Shown one piece after another: positions 20,001 to 29,155 of a stretch of 64,000 nt of DNA (positions are counted from its first letter, which is position 1; each line of letters opens with the position of its first letter). The notes under the pieces are model-generated. The model did not search any database and was not told the DNA's origin. It was given only the letters and a program-made list of their open reading frames with translations. The stretch comes from Bacteroidota bacterium. Lineage in GTDB: Bacteria > Bacteroidota > Bacteroidia > J057 > JAJTIE01. The stretch covers positions 15,605-79,604 of the forward strand of contig JAJTIE010000010.1 in the NCBI GenBank assembly GCA_021300195.1, given 5' to 3'. The position numbers and the translations under genes are program-made.

Positions 20001-20607
20001 TGGGTACGTTGTACTTTGCGGCCCATTTTTTCAGCACGGCATTGCACTGGTGCTGCTGGGGTATGCCGTGGTCTTGTAGTTCTATGTAATAGTCGCTGCC
20101 AAATAGGTCCAGGTACCAGCGAAACACCGCCTCTGCGGCCTCCTCGCCCTGGTTCAGCAGGGTCTGGTTTATCTCGCTGGCCAGGCAGCAGGTGGTGGCT
20201 ATCAGCCCCTGGTGGTGCCGCGCCAGTAGTTCTCGGTCTATGCGGGGGTTGTAGTTATAGCCCTCTGTAAAGCCCAGGCTGCTCAGCTTGCACAGGTTGT
20301 GGTAGCCTGTTTCGTCTTTGGCAAACAGGATCTGGTGGTAGGTGTAGTTGCCATTGGGGTTATGCTTGGTGTGCTTGGGCTCATGCAGGCTCTTGGCAGC
20401 CAGGTAAAACTCGCTGCCCACAATGGGCTTGATGCCTTCGGCCCGGCAGGCCAGCACAAAATCGGGCACGCCGTACATATTGCCGTGGTCGCTGATGCCC
20501 AGGGCGGGCATGCCACAGGCGCAGGCTTTTTTTACCAGCTTTTTTATTTTGCCGGCCCCGTCCAGCATGCTGTAGTCGGTGTGGTTGTGCAGCGATACGT
20601 ATTGCAT
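17077..20607 (-). CDS. dnaE: DNA polymerase III alpha subunit
   Basis: This 1176-aa protein has a PHP domain (VSLHNHTDYSMLDGA), a Pol IIIalpha core (GPGRGSAAGSVVAYATGI, PDIDMDF) and HhH and OB regions. Confidence 0.95.
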   Translation of the reverse strand: MQYVSLHNHTDYSMLDGAGKIKKLVKKACACGMPALGISDHGNMYGVPDFVLACRAEGIKPIVGSEFYLAAKSLHEPKHTKHNPNGNYTYHQILFAKDETGYHNLCKLSSLGFTEGYNYNPRIDRELLARHHQGLIATTCCLASEINQTLLNQGEEAAEAVFRWYLDLFGSDYYIELQDHGIPQQHQCNAVLKKWAAKYNVPMLCTNDVHYVEKQDAEAHDLLLALQTGSDYNDPNRFRFTVSDDDRSLNPNFYLKGAEEMAALFPDVPEALENTLRLSDSCSLNLDLGGKLLMPVYQIPPEYADMDAYLRHLSLLGARKKYGELRTDIADRIDTELAIIQKMGFAGYFLIVQEITNEARRRGVMVGPGRGSAAGSVVAYATGIIDVDPLQYQLLFERFLNPERVSPPDIDMDFDDEGRQQVIDFVVEKYGQQSVSQIITYGTMGAKTALRDVGRVLGVPLAEVNKIAKYIPERPGITFAKALTREDNPDHYGHLKEALESPDPAVQKMMRYALTLEGTTRQTGIHAAGVIIAPGTISDYAPVAMSTRDNVVTTQYEGPMAEAAGLLKMDFLGLKTLSIIKTACRLIKERHGKDIDADHIPLDDAKTYELYQQGDTVGTFQFESDGMRKYLRQLKPTNIEDLIAMNALYRPGPMDYIPLFINRKNGIDPVEYPHPRLEPILNMTYGIMVYQEQVMQCAQAMAGYSLGQADLLRRAMGKKKAEVMAQERTSFIAGCAQQGTADADKAGEVFDIMAKFAGYGFNKSHAAAYSILAFRTAYLKANYPAEYMAAILSHNLDNTDKITFFMEECRRMGIQVLPPSVNHSVIRFSVQDDQTIRFGLGAIKGVGEGPCEAIVEARKEGGAYASVFDLAARVDPKRLGGRRVLEALAMAGALDCFSGVHRAQFFKANEKDAEMSGAELVATYGNRVQAQKSSAQTSLFGGGNATGTGLPEAMEPILPQREAWGTMEQLNREKDVIGFYLSGHPLDSFRAEILAAKATEIATLPEEANGGKVLLAGIITAARERTSKKGNTFGSFVLEDFSGSREFTVFGDAYDKIKGALSINNCVLVEALWESRYYNSEEYELKVKDVSRLEGLLERKVKLLELQLSLEQINTSFSMQLIQLFENFKGDKPVEFVIFDSDIKGPLQLHAHQLKVRASSELLNSLDHLNIRYNLK

Positions 20608-20783
20608 CTCGTAAAATTAGGGGTCAGCGGCCCAGCTTGCAATCTGGCCCGGATCAATTCAAACAAACAAACGGCTGCCCGGCTTTCAACAAAAAACCTG
20701 CGGGCATTTATGCCAGATATGCAGCAGTGGGGGGCAATCCCGCCCGGGGCTAGCCGCAGGCAGAGCGTGCGTCCGTATACGCC

Positions 20784-21593
20784 TTAGGAGAATTGCCGCA
20801 GGGCCTCTTCTATTTCCTGAAACGTGTTCATCACAAAAGGGCCATAACTGGCAATGGGCTCCTGTATGGGGCGTCCGGCCAGGAAGAGCAACTGGCAGTC
20901 TGTTTCGGCGCGGATCTCCACCTGGGCGGCTTCATCCGCATACAGGGCCAGGTCATAGGCCTCCAGGCTTTCGCCCGCACTCTGCACCCTGCCCTCCAGC
21001 ACGTACAGTTGGGCCGTGTAGCCGTCGGGCAGGCTCAGGGCTATCTGTGCGTGGGGCCGGGCCAGCAGGTGGGCTATTACCACGGGGGTCTTTACGGGCG
21101 CTGGGCCGTCCAGGCCATTCAGCTGGCCAGCCAGCAGGCGCAGGGTGTAGTCGGCAGTGCTTTGCTCCGGCACATCGGCACGCTGGTAGGCACTATATTC
21201 GGGTGGGTCTTGCTTGTTGGCAGCGGGCAGGTTCACCCACAGCTGCACCCCGTGTATGCGGCCTGTTTCCCGGCTTGGGCCTATCTCCTCTGCATGCCAG
21301 ATGCCACCGGCGGCATTTACCCACTGGGTGCCGCCATCGTGCACGGTGGTGTCGTTCCCCAGGCTATCGGTGTGGCGAATGGCCCCCTCAAAGACGAGGG
21401 TAATGGGCTGGAAACCCTTGTGCGGGTGCCGCGGGATGCGGTTGGGCTGCCGGGGCACCTCGGGGCCAAAGTGGTCTAGCAGCAGGAAAGGGTCGGCATG
21501 GCGCAGGCCAGGGGCAGGCAGCGGCCTGCGTACCTGCACCCCTGGGGCTACTTCGCTCAGCTGGGCGTGGATGATACCGGATATTTTTCGCAT
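20784..21593 (-). CDS. pirin-family cupin protein
   Basis: It has the pirin N-terminal motif (PRHPHKGFQPITLVFEGAIRHTDSLG) and a bicupin length of 269 aa. Confidence 0.85.
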   Translation of the reverse strand: MRKISGIIHAQLSEVAPGVQVRRPLPAPGLRHADPFLLLDHFGPEVPRQPNRIPRHPHKGFQPITLVFEGAIRHTDSLGNDTTVHDGGTQWVNAAGGIWHAEEIGPSRETGRIHGVQLWVNLPAANKQDPPEYSAYQRADVPEQSTADYTLRLLAGQLNGLDGPAPVKTPVVIAHLLARPHAQIALSLPDGYTAQLYVLEGRVQSAGESLEAYDLALYADEAAQVEIRAETDCQLLFLAGRPIQEPIASYGPFVMNTFQEIEEALRQFS

Positions 21594-21658
21594 TTTCAGC
21601 CAACATTTGCCGGGCTGGAAACATCCCCCCCCGGCTGCGCACTAGCAACCCAACCAGC

Positions 21659-23068
21659 ATGACCCTACGCTACGCCCCTACATGTTTACCTGGCACCCGC
21701 CGGCGGGTACTGCACGGGCTGCTGCTGCTGGCCAGCGCCCTACCCTACTGCGGGGTGGCACAGGCGGGCAGCGGGCTGGGTGTAGCGCCCCTGGATGTTC
21801 GTGCAGCTGTGTACAAGGCAGCATACCAGCCCCAGCTGGTGGCACCGGTGCTAGACTCGCTGCGGGTGCTTCAGCAGGCCCGTGGGTGGATAGACACCCT
21901 GGCCAGTACGGCCATGGCCGGGCGGGGCTACCAGCACCAGGGGCACCGAATAGCCGCCCACTACCTGGTGCAGCAGTTTCGGCTGCTGGGGCTGCTGCCG
22001 CTAGGGCCAGATAGTAGCTACCTACAGGCCTTTCCGCTAGAGGTGAATGTGCTGGGCCCTGCCGAGCTAAAGCTGGGCCGGCGGGTGCTGACCTATGGCG
22101 AAGACTTTATCTCCAACGGCTACAGCGGGCCTGGCCAGGGGCGCGCCCGCCTGCTAGACCTGGGCACTGGCCACCCGGCCATGGTGCCTGCCCGGGCACT
22201 AGCCGGGCGGGTGTGGCTGATACGCCAGGGGTGGCCCGACACCGCCAGCAGCCCGGAGCCAGACCCCCAAAGCAAGGTGCTGGCCCTGGTGCGCAGCTAT
22301 GGCCAGCTGCCCGCCGCCGTGCTGCTGGAGGAAAAAAAGCTGACCGCAGCCTATGGCCAGCAGCAGCTGCCCTTCCCGGCCTACCAGGTGGCTGCAGGCC
22401 GGCTGCATGGGCTAGGGCGGGCCTGGGTGGCCTATGGCCAGCAGGCCGAGCTGCGCACCGAAACGGCCTACAATGTGGTGGGCTGGGTGCGGGGTACCCG
22501 CCAGCCCGATACGGCAATTGTGCTCAGTGCGCACTACGACCACCTGGGGCAGCATGGCTGCGCCATCTTTCGCGGGGCCAATGACAACGCAAGTGGCACG
22601 GCCATGCTGCTCAGCCTGGCACAGGCCGCCACAGCCGTGGGGGCCGATCTACCCTACTCCACCCTCTTCATCGCCTTTGGGGCCGAGGAAGTGGCCCTGG
22701 TGGGCAGCCGCCACTACGTAGCCCATCCCCGGTGGCCGCTGGGCAGCACCCGCATGGTGCTAAACATGGACCTGATGGGCAATGGAGACCGGGGGGTAAT
22801 GACCGTGGCGGGCAAAACCTACCCACAGATATATGCGCCACTGAGCCGGCTGAACGACTCACTGGGCCTGATACACCCCCTGCTGGCGCGCGAAAACCGC
22901 CCCAACAGCGACCATTACCCCTTTACCCAGCGGGGCGTGCCAGCCCTTTTCTTTTACACCCAGGGTGGCCCGCCCCACTACCACGACGTATACGACCGGC
23001 CCGAGGCCTATGGCCTGGAGGCTTTCTGGGTATTTCGCAGGCTCATTCTGGCCTGGCTGGCAAAATAA
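21659..23068 (+). CDS. secreted M28-family aminopeptidase
   Basis: It has a signal peptide and M28 metal-ligand regions (VLSAHYDHLG, GANDNASGTAMLL, FGAEEVALVGSRHY, DHYPF). Confidence 0.75.
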   Translation: MTLRYAPTCLPGTRRRVLHGLLLLASALPYCGVAQAGSGLGVAPLDVRAAVYKAAYQPQLVAPVLDSLRVLQQARGWIDTLASTAMAGRGYQHQGHRIAAHYLVQQFRLLGLLPLGPDSSYLQAFPLEVNVLGPAELKLGRRVLTYGEDFISNGYSGPGQGRARLLDLGTGHPAMVPARALAGRVWLIRQGWPDTASSPEPDPQSKVLALVRSYGQLPAAVLLEEKKLTAAYGQQQLPFPAYQVAAGRLHGLGRAWVAYGQQAELRTETAYNVVGWVRGTRQPDTAIVLSAHYDHLGQHGCAIFRGANDNASGTAMLLSLAQAATAVGADLPYSTLFIAFGAEEVALVGSRHYVAHPRWPLGSTRMVLNMDLMGNGDRGVMTVAGKTYPQIYAPLSRLNDSLGLIHPLLARENRPNSDHYPFTQRGVPALFFYTQGGPPHYHDVYDRPEAYGLEAFWVFRRLILAWLAK

Positions 23069-23115
23069 TTTCAACTGGCCATATACTTTGGCACGGTTTT
23101 CGCTTGTTCATAAGT

Positions 23116-23514
23116 ATGCGAAAACTGATCTACCTCATTGCCATCTGCCTCCCCTTTGCCGCACAGCCGGTGCAGGCACAGGGCACCCAGGAGGTGTTTG
23201 CCCAGATAGAGCGGAGCATAGCAGGTGCCAACGCCAGCAGCCTCTCAGCCTACTTCGGCAGCCAGGTAGAGGTTACGATAAACGACCAGGACAATGTGTA
23301 TAGCAAGGATCAGGCAACCTTTGTCATCAAAGAGTTCTTTCAGGATCACCCCGTACGCAGCTTCAAGATCCTGCACACCGGCAGCAGCAACAATACCTAT
23401 TATGCAGTAGGTGAGTACTATAGCACACGTGGGCGCTACGATACCAATGTGTTTATCAAAAAGAACGGAAACAGCTACCTCATCGAGCAGATACGCTTCG
23501 AGAGCGAGCAGTAA
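23116..23514 (+). CDS. secreted DUF4783-like protein
   Basis: It has a signal peptide (MRKLIYLIAICLPFAAQPVQAQ) and the DUF4783-like pattern SLSAYFGSQVEVTI...YSKDQATFVIKEFF. The track ORF 22732..23514 is trimmed to this internal ATG because its 5' part overlaps the M28 gene. Confidence 0.6.
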   Translation: MRKLIYLIAICLPFAAQPVQAQGTQEVFAQIERSIAGANASSLSAYFGSQVEVTINDQDNVYSKDQATFVIKEFFQDHPVRSFKILHTGSSNNTYYAVGEYYSTRGRYDTNVFIKKNGNSYLIEQIRFESEQ

Positions 23515-23537
23515 AAGGAATATGTTGTGTGTATGAG

Positions 23538-23572
23538 ACGGTTCTGTGAGCATCTTGCAGGACCGTTTTTTT
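23538..23572 (+). terminator. intrinsic terminator after the DUF4783-like gene
   Basis: A 9-bp stem (one G.U pair) pairs ACGGTTCTG (23538-46) with CAGGACCGT (23558-66), followed by a T7 run. Confidence 0.65.
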
Positions 23573-23582
23573 GTCCTAAAAA

Positions 23583-24443
23583 ATGTACAATTACCTGACC
23601 GATGCCGCCCTGGATGCGCTGATAGATGCTGCCCTGGCCGAAGACCTGGGGCCGGACCACCTGGACCACACCAGCTATGCTACCCTGACTGCCAGCCAGA
23701 TAGGCGAAGCGCACTGCCTGATGAAAGAGAGTGGACGCGTAGCGGGCATCCGCTTTGCCCAGCGGGTGTACCAAAAAATGGACGGCGTTCGAGTGGACGT
23801 ACAAAAAATGGACGGCGAGCAGGTACAGCCGGGCGATATACTCTTCCGGGCGGCGGGCAGCGTGCGTAGCCTGCTGATGGGCGAGCGCCTGGTGCTGAAT
23901 GTGCTGCAGCGCATGAGCGGGATAGCTACCCAGACCCATCGGGTGGTGCAGGCCCTGGAGGGAACGGGCTGCCGGGTGCTAGATACCCGAAAAACCACCC
24001 CCCTCATCCGCACCCTGGAAAAATGGGCCGTGGTGATAGGCGGCGGTGTAAACCACCGCTATGGCCTGTTTGACATGATCCTGATAAAAGACAACCACAT
24101 AGATGCCTGCGGAGGCATACAGCCCGCCCTGGCCCATGCCCGGGCCTATCTGCTAGCCAAGGGCCTAACACTGGATGTGGAGATAGAAACCCGCAGCCTG
24201 GAAGAAGTGCAGCAGGTGCTGGACGCGGGGGGGGCAGACCGCATCCTGCTAGACAATATGCCGCTGCACACCCTGCGGCAGGCCGTGGCACGCATTGGGG
24301 GGCGCATCCCCACAGAAGCCAGTGGGGGCATAACCCCCGAAAACGCCCGCAGTTATGCCGAAACGGGCGTAGACTTCATCAGCATGGGGGCACTCACGCA
24401 TTCGGTAAAAAGCCTGGATATCAGCCTGAAAATTCGCTGCTAG
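23583..24443 (+). CDS. nadC: nicotinate-nucleotide (quinolinate) phosphoribosyltransferase, decarboxylating
   Basis: It has the NadC motifs ERLVLNVLQRMSGIAT, LDTRKTTP and IKDNHI. Confidence 0.9.
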   Translation: MYNYLTDAALDALIDAALAEDLGPDHLDHTSYATLTASQIGEAHCLMKESGRVAGIRFAQRVYQKMDGVRVDVQKMDGEQVQPGDILFRAAGSVRSLLMGERLVLNVLQRMSGIATQTHRVVQALEGTGCRVLDTRKTTPLIRTLEKWAVVIGGGVNHRYGLFDMILIKDNHIDACGGIQPALAHARAYLLAKGLTLDVEIETRSLEEVQQVLDAGGADRILLDNMPLHTLRQAVARIGGRIPTEASGGITPENARSYAETGVDFISMGALTHSVKSLDISLKIRC

Positions 24444-24529
24444 CCCCTATTCAGCACAAAAAAACACACACCGGATGGGCAAAAAAGCCAGAACCTGTGC
24501 AAAGTATGCCCACGTAAGAATAAAAAGTC

Positions 24530-24537
24530 TATATTTG
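24530..24537 (+). promoter_or_regulatory. candidate -7 promoter box (TAtaTTTG)
   Basis: It matches TAnnTTTG and lies 21 nt upstream of the ATG at 24558. Confidence 0.4.
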
Positions 24538-24557
24538 CCCCCCTTGAGCCTGGAAAT

Positions 24558-24725
24558 ATGAAAAAGCCGAACATCCGCTTCTACCGCAACAAGCGCAGCC
24601 ACAAGCTGGTAGTCCTGAATCGCAAATTCAATCCGCCTGCACGTGGCCTGGAAACCACCCTGCAAGAGGCAAACCGCCCACTGATCGAAAAGTTTGAGGC
24701 CGCCCTCGCTGCCAAAAAGCAATAG
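24558..24725 (+). CDS. small basic hypothetical protein (55 aa; below the ORF-track length cut-off)
   Basis: My own translation is MKKPNIRFYRNKRSHKLVVLNRKFNPPARGLETTLQEANRPLIEKFEAALAAKKQ*. A -7 box lies upstream and a strong terminator downstream. I do not recognise a family. Confidence 0.35.
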   Translation: MKKPNIRFYRNKRSHKLVVLNRKFNPPARGLETTLQEANRPLIEKFEAALAAKKQ

Positions 24726-24833
24726 CCGTACAGGCAGCGCCACTAGCCCGCCCTACCGGGCACAGGGCCATGCAGCCAGCGCACACGCATAGCCAGGCGG
24801 CCATGTGTGTGCTTGCCCCAAATACGAAACCCT

Positions 24834-24866
24834 GCGCCGGAGCACAGCCTCCGGCGTTTTATTTTT
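24834..24866 (+). terminator. intrinsic terminator upstream of uvrA
   Basis: The stem pairs GCGCCGGAG (24834-42) with CTCCGGCGT (24849-57), followed by TTTTATTTTT. Confidence 0.7.
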
Positions 24867-24867
24867 G
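24860..24867 (+). promoter_or_regulatory. candidate -7 promoter box (TAttTTTG) for uvrA
   Basis: It matches TAnnTTTG and is embedded in the terminator T-tract, 45 nt upstream of the ATG at 24912. Confidence 0.3.
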
Positions 24868-24911
24868 CGCACTTTTGCCAAGGCAAGAAGGATAGCGAGG
24901 AAGTACAAACC

Positions 24912-27758
24912 ATGAGCAACACGCTGGAGATACTGGGTGCCCGCACGCACAACCTGAAGAATATAGACCTAAGCCTGCCCCGAAACCGCCTGCTGGTCAT
25001 CACCGGGGTGAGTGGCAGTGGCAAGAGCAGCCTGGCCTTTGACACCCTGTTTGCCGAAGGGCAGCGCCGCTACCTGGAAACCTTCAGCGCCTATGCCCGC
25101 CAGTTTATGGGCAGCATGGAGCGGCCAGATGTGGACAAGATAGACGGCCTGAGCCCGGTTATTGCCATCGACCAGAAAACCACCGGCAAAAACCCCCGCA
25201 GCACCGTAGGCACCACCACCGAGGTGTACGACTTCCTGCGCTTGCTCTATGCCCGCGTAGCCGAAGCCTACAGCTACGAAACTGGCCGAAAAATGGAAAA
25301 ACTGAGCGATGCAGAAATCCTGAAACGCATAGGCGAACAGTTTGAAAACCAAACCACCTACCTGCTAGCACCGCTGATAAAGGGACGAAAGGGCCACTAC
25401 CGCGAAGAAATAGACAAGGTGCGCAAACAGGGCTACCTGCGCGCCCGCATAGACGGAACTGTGGTGGAGCTGGTGCCAGACATGAAGCTGGACCGCTACA
25501 AGATACACGACATAGAAGTGGTGATAGACCGCATACAGGTGAATGAAAAAAGCCTGGGCCGGCTAACCAAGAGCGTAACCGATGCGCTGAACTATGGCAA
25601 GGGCAGCATGCTGGTATACGTGCCCGATACGGAAGAAACCACCTACTACTGCCGAGACCTGATGGACCCGGAAACCGGCCTGAGCTACCCCGAGCCGGAG
25701 CCGAACAGCTTCTCCTTCAACAGCCCCTACGGAGCCTGCCCCACCTGTAGCGGCCTGGGCCAAGTACTAACGCTGATAAGGGATGCCCTGCTGCCAGAGC
25801 CAACAAAGACCCTGCTGAAGGGAGCCATTCCGCCAATGGACGACGCGCTGGAGATACCCATCCTGGACGGGCTGAAGAAGCTGGCCAAAGTGCAGCCCGA
25901 ATTGGGAAAAACGCCCGTGCACAAGCTGGCCGATGAGCTGGTGCACTACGTACTGTACGGCGATCCGGCCTTTGACTACAACCGCGACCGCGAGTTTTTC
26001 AACGAAACCCTGTTTGTAAAAGGGCGCTACATGGGGCTGCAAAGCTTCCTGCAAATCCGCTACCTGAACGCCAGCTCGGAGCAGGCCAAGGCCGAGATAG
26101 AACAATACCTGCAGTACGACCCCTGCCCCACCTGCCAGGGGGCACGCCTGCGCAAGGAGAGCCTGTGGTTCAAGATAGACAACCACAATATATGGGAAGT
26201 GGCGAGCAAAGACCTGCAGCAGCTGGCCGAATGGCTGGATGGACTGGAAGACCGCCTGAGCGAACGCCAGCGGCTGATAGCCACCGAGCTGCTAAAGGAG
26301 ATCCGCCAGCGGGTAAGCTTCCTGCTGGAAGTGGGGCTGGAATACCTGAGCCTGGACCGCAGTACCCGCAGCCTGAGCGGCGGCGAGGCACAGCGCATCC
26401 GCCTGGCTACGCAGATAGGCTCGCAGCTAATGGGCGTGCTCTACATCCTGGATGAGCCCAGCATTGGCCTGCACCAGGCTGACAATGCCCGCCTGATACG
26501 CAGCCTGCACGAGCTGAGAGACCTGGGCAATACGGTGCTGGTGGTGGAGCACGACCGGGATATGATGCTGGCCAGCGACTATATTGTAGACATTGGCCCC
26601 GGTGCCGGGGTACATGGGGGCCGTGTCATTAGCCAGGGTGCCCCGGCCCACTTTCTGGCACAGGGGGGCCTTACGGCCGACTACCTCAGCGGACGAAAAA
26701 CCATCCGCCTACCCGACAACCGCCGAGCGCCCGGCAGCAAATACCTGCGGCTGCTGGGGGCCAGCGGGCACAACCTGCAGCAGGTAGACCTGGAGGTACC
26801 CCTGGGACTTTTTGTGTGCATAACGGGCATGAGTGGCAGCGGCAAAAGCTCGCTCATCAACCAGACCCTGTACCCCATCCTGCACGAGCACAGCTACCGT
26901 TTCCGAAAAAATGCCCTGCCCTACACCTCTGTGGAGGGGCTGGAACACATAGACAAGGTAATCGAGATAGACCAGAAGCCCATTGGCCGCACACCGCGCA
27001 GCAACCCGGCCACCTACACGGGCCTATTCACCTTCATCCGCCAGCTATTTACCGAGCTGCCGGAGAGCAAAATACGCGGCTACAAACCCGGGCGCTTCAG
27101 CTTCAACATAAAAGGCGGACGCTGCGAAACCTGCAAGGGTGCGGGCCTGCAGGTTATCGAGATGAACTTCCTGCCGGATGTGCATGTGCTGTGCCCCACC
27201 TGCCGGGGCCGCCGCTACAACCGCGAGACGCTGGAGATACGCTACAAGGGGAAAAGCATACACGACGTGCTGGAGATGACCGTGGAAGACGCAATGGGCT
27301 TCTTCGAATCCATACCCCACCTACAGACCCGGATACAGGCCCTGTACGACGTGGGGCTGGGCTACGTCCGCCTGGGCCAGGCAGCCACCACCCTGAGCGG
27401 AGGCGAGGCGCAGCGGATGAAGATAGCCACGGAACTAAGCAAGAAACAGACGGGCAAAACCTTCTACATCCTGGATGAGCCCACTACCGGCCTGCACTTT
27501 CAGGATATAGCTGTGCTGCTGGATGTGCTGAACCGGCTGGTGGAGAAGGGCAATACGGTGCTGGTAATAGAGCATAACCTGGATGTGGTGAAGGTAGCCG
27601 ACTGGGTGGTAGACCTGGGGCCACGCGGGGGCCGCAATGGGGGCCGCATACTGGCAGCAGGCACCCCCGAAGCCATAGCCGACAGCCCCGAGAGCCTGAC
27701 CGGACAGTACCTGAAGCCCGAGCTGGTGGCGGCCAAACAGGCAGCACCAAACCCGTAG
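24912..27758 (+). CDS. uvrA: excinuclease ABC subunit A
   Basis: It has two ABC modules (GVSGSGKSSLAFDT, GMSGSGKSSL, LSGGEAQR twice) and zinc-finger cysteines (CPTCSG, CPTCQG, CETCKG, CPTCRG). I chose the start at MSNTLEILGARTHNLKNI. Confidence 0.95.
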   Translation: MSNTLEILGARTHNLKNIDLSLPRNRLLVITGVSGSGKSSLAFDTLFAEGQRRYLETFSAYARQFMGSMERPDVDKIDGLSPVIAIDQKTTGKNPRSTVGTTTEVYDFLRLLYARVAEAYSYETGRKMEKLSDAEILKRIGEQFENQTTYLLAPLIKGRKGHYREEIDKVRKQGYLRARIDGTVVELVPDMKLDRYKIHDIEVVIDRIQVNEKSLGRLTKSVTDALNYGKGSMLVYVPDTEETTYYCRDLMDPETGLSYPEPEPNSFSFNSPYGACPTCSGLGQVLTLIRDALLPEPTKTLLKGAIPPMDDALEIPILDGLKKLAKVQPELGKTPVHKLADELVHYVLYGDPAFDYNRDREFFNETLFVKGRYMGLQSFLQIRYLNASSEQAKAEIEQYLQYDPCPTCQGARLRKESLWFKIDNHNIWEVASKDLQQLAEWLDGLEDRLSERQRLIATELLKEIRQRVSFLLEVGLEYLSLDRSTRSLSGGEAQRIRLATQIGSQLMGVLYILDEPSIGLHQADNARLIRSLHELRDLGNTVLVVEHDRDMMLASDYIVDIGPGAGVHGGRVISQGAPAHFLAQGGLTADYLSGRKTIRLPDNRRAPGSKYLRLLGASGHNLQQVDLEVPLGLFVCITGMSGSGKSSLINQTLYPILHEHSYRFRKNALPYTSVEGLEHIDKVIEIDQKPIGRTPRSNPATYTGLFTFIRQLFTELPESKIRGYKPGRFSFNIKGGRCETCKGAGLQVIEMNFLPDVHVLCPTCRGRRYNRETLEIRYKGKSIHDVLEMTVEDAMGFFESIPHLQTRIQALYDVGLGYVRLGQAATTLSGGEAQRMKIATELSKKQTGKTFYILDEPTTGLHFQDIAVLLDVLNRLVEKGNTVLVIEHNLDVVKVADWVVDLGPRGGRNGGRILAAGTPEAIADSPESLTGQYLKPELVAAKQAAPNP

Positions 27759-27805
27759 GCAGCGGAACAGCCTACCCAAGAAAAGCCCGCACGCAGGCCT
27801 GGGCC

Positions 27806-29155
27806 TCAATGGTGTAGGAAGGGGTATAGGAAGCCGTGGCGAAACCAGTCCAACAGCTGCTGGCTGATGGCCATAGCCAATACATACACAATCAACAGGC
27901 TGTGGAGTAGCCGGGCAGGCAGGCGCAGGCTAGCCCAGCTGCGGCACAGGCCCTGTGCATAGGCATGCAGGCAGTAGCCACCTATCAGCCCATAAAAGAT
28001 GCCCCAGTGGCGCGTAACAAACAGGTGAACCAGAAAATGCTGGGGCATCACCAGGCTCCAGCTTAGGGTGGCTAGCAGCAGCACCAGGCCAATGCGCCAC
28101 AGCCGGATGCCGGCTGGTGCAGGCAGTGCCACCTGCCGCAGCCCGCGCCCAGCAAGCAGGAGGAGCAAAAGCAGGCCCCAACCCGGCAGCATAAACAGCC
28201 GCTCGGGCCGGTTGAACCACTGGAACGGAATCTGCAGATACTGGCCCAGACCCAGGGCCTGGTTGCCCGCCTCGGCCAGGGGGCCGGTACCCTGTATGCG
28301 GTGCAGGGCCGACTGCGTAAGGTCATTCATCAGGCCCTGCCAGCTGCCCCAGTACAGGTATACGGTATAGAAATGGAGGGCTACGCTGAGTGCCGCACTT
28401 GCACCCAGTACAAATACCGGCCAGCGCAGCGGGCTGCCCGTGTACACCCAGCTGAAACCCAGTGCCACCACGGCCAGGTACACCACCGGCTCGAAGGAGC
28501 TATGTGCCGCCAGCGCGTACCACAGGGCACACAGCAGCAGTTGGCCCAGCTTTCGGTCGCGGTAGTAGGCCAGCAGGCCGAAAACGAAGAGCCACTTAAA
28601 CAGCTCTTCGTACACATGCTTGTGAAAACTATCGGCAAAAAAGAGGAAGTAGTGCGACAGCACCACCAGTGCCCCGCCCCACAGTGCCATGGCCGGATGG
28701 GGCAGCCAGTAGGATAGCTGGGTAAACACGTAGCCACACAGAAACACCGAGAGCAGAATGGGCACCAGCCGCAGCCACGCCACATGGTCTGTGCCCGTAA
28801 GGGCAAATACCGCGCCGGCCACCCAGTCGGGCAGGGCCGGGTAGTGGGTATACACAATCGCGCTGTCTGCCGGGTGCGTCGGGCTGTACTTGTGCACGGG
28901 CAGGCCATAGGTATGGGCAAAACCGTGGTCGCGAAAATAGCGAGCCGCACTATAGGTGTTCACGTCCGAGTACTGGTCGCCCCGTATGCTGGATCGTGCC
29001 TTGTTATCATGCAGGGGTACGGTGGCGGTGCGCAGCAGGATGAGGGCAAAGGCGGCAGCGAAGATAGCCAGCAGAATAAACCGGTGGCGAGGGCGGGCCC
29101 ACAGCTGCCTAGGCCAGGCCGACAGGGCGGAGGGTGTGTAGGTAGTGGGTAACAT
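27806..29155 (-). CDS. polytopic membrane protein, possibly an ArnT/PMT-like glycosyltransferase (family uncertain)
   Basis: This 449-aa protein has many hydrophobic segments and a periplasmic-loop-like region after TM1 (HDNKARSSIRGDQYSDVNTYSAARYFRDHGF). It overlaps the 3' end of the GT9 gene, which suggests an operon. Confidence 0.55.
   Translation of the reverse strand: MLPTTYTPSALSAWPRQLWARPRHRFILLAIFAAAFALILLRTATVPLHDNKARSSIRGDQYSDVNTYSAARYFRDHGFAHTYGLPVHKYSPTHPADSAIVYTHYPALPDWVAGAVFALTGTDHVAWLRLVPILLSVFLCGYVFTQLSYWLPHPAMALWGGALVVLSHYFLFFADSFHKHVYEELFKWLFVFGLLAYYRDRKLGQLLLCALWYALAAHSSFEPVVYLAVVALGFSWVYTGSPLRWPVFVLGASAALSVALHFYTVYLYWGSWQGLMNDLTQSALHRIQGTGPLAEAGNQALGLGQYLQIPFQWFNRPERLFMLPGWGLLLLLLLAGRGLRQVALPAPAGIRLWRIGLVLLLATLSWSLVMPQHFLVHLFVTRHWGIFYGLIGGYCLHAYAQGLCRSWASLRLPARLLHSLLIVYVLAMAISQQLLDWFRHGFLYPFLHH

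Noticed and set aside
22732-23115. The 5' 128 codons of track ORF 22732..23514, which would overlap the M28 peptidase gene.
   Set aside because: This part is out of frame with the strongly supported M28 gene and is Pro/Gly/Arg-rich. A clean signal peptide begins at the internal ATG at 23116, so the gene was trimmed to that start.
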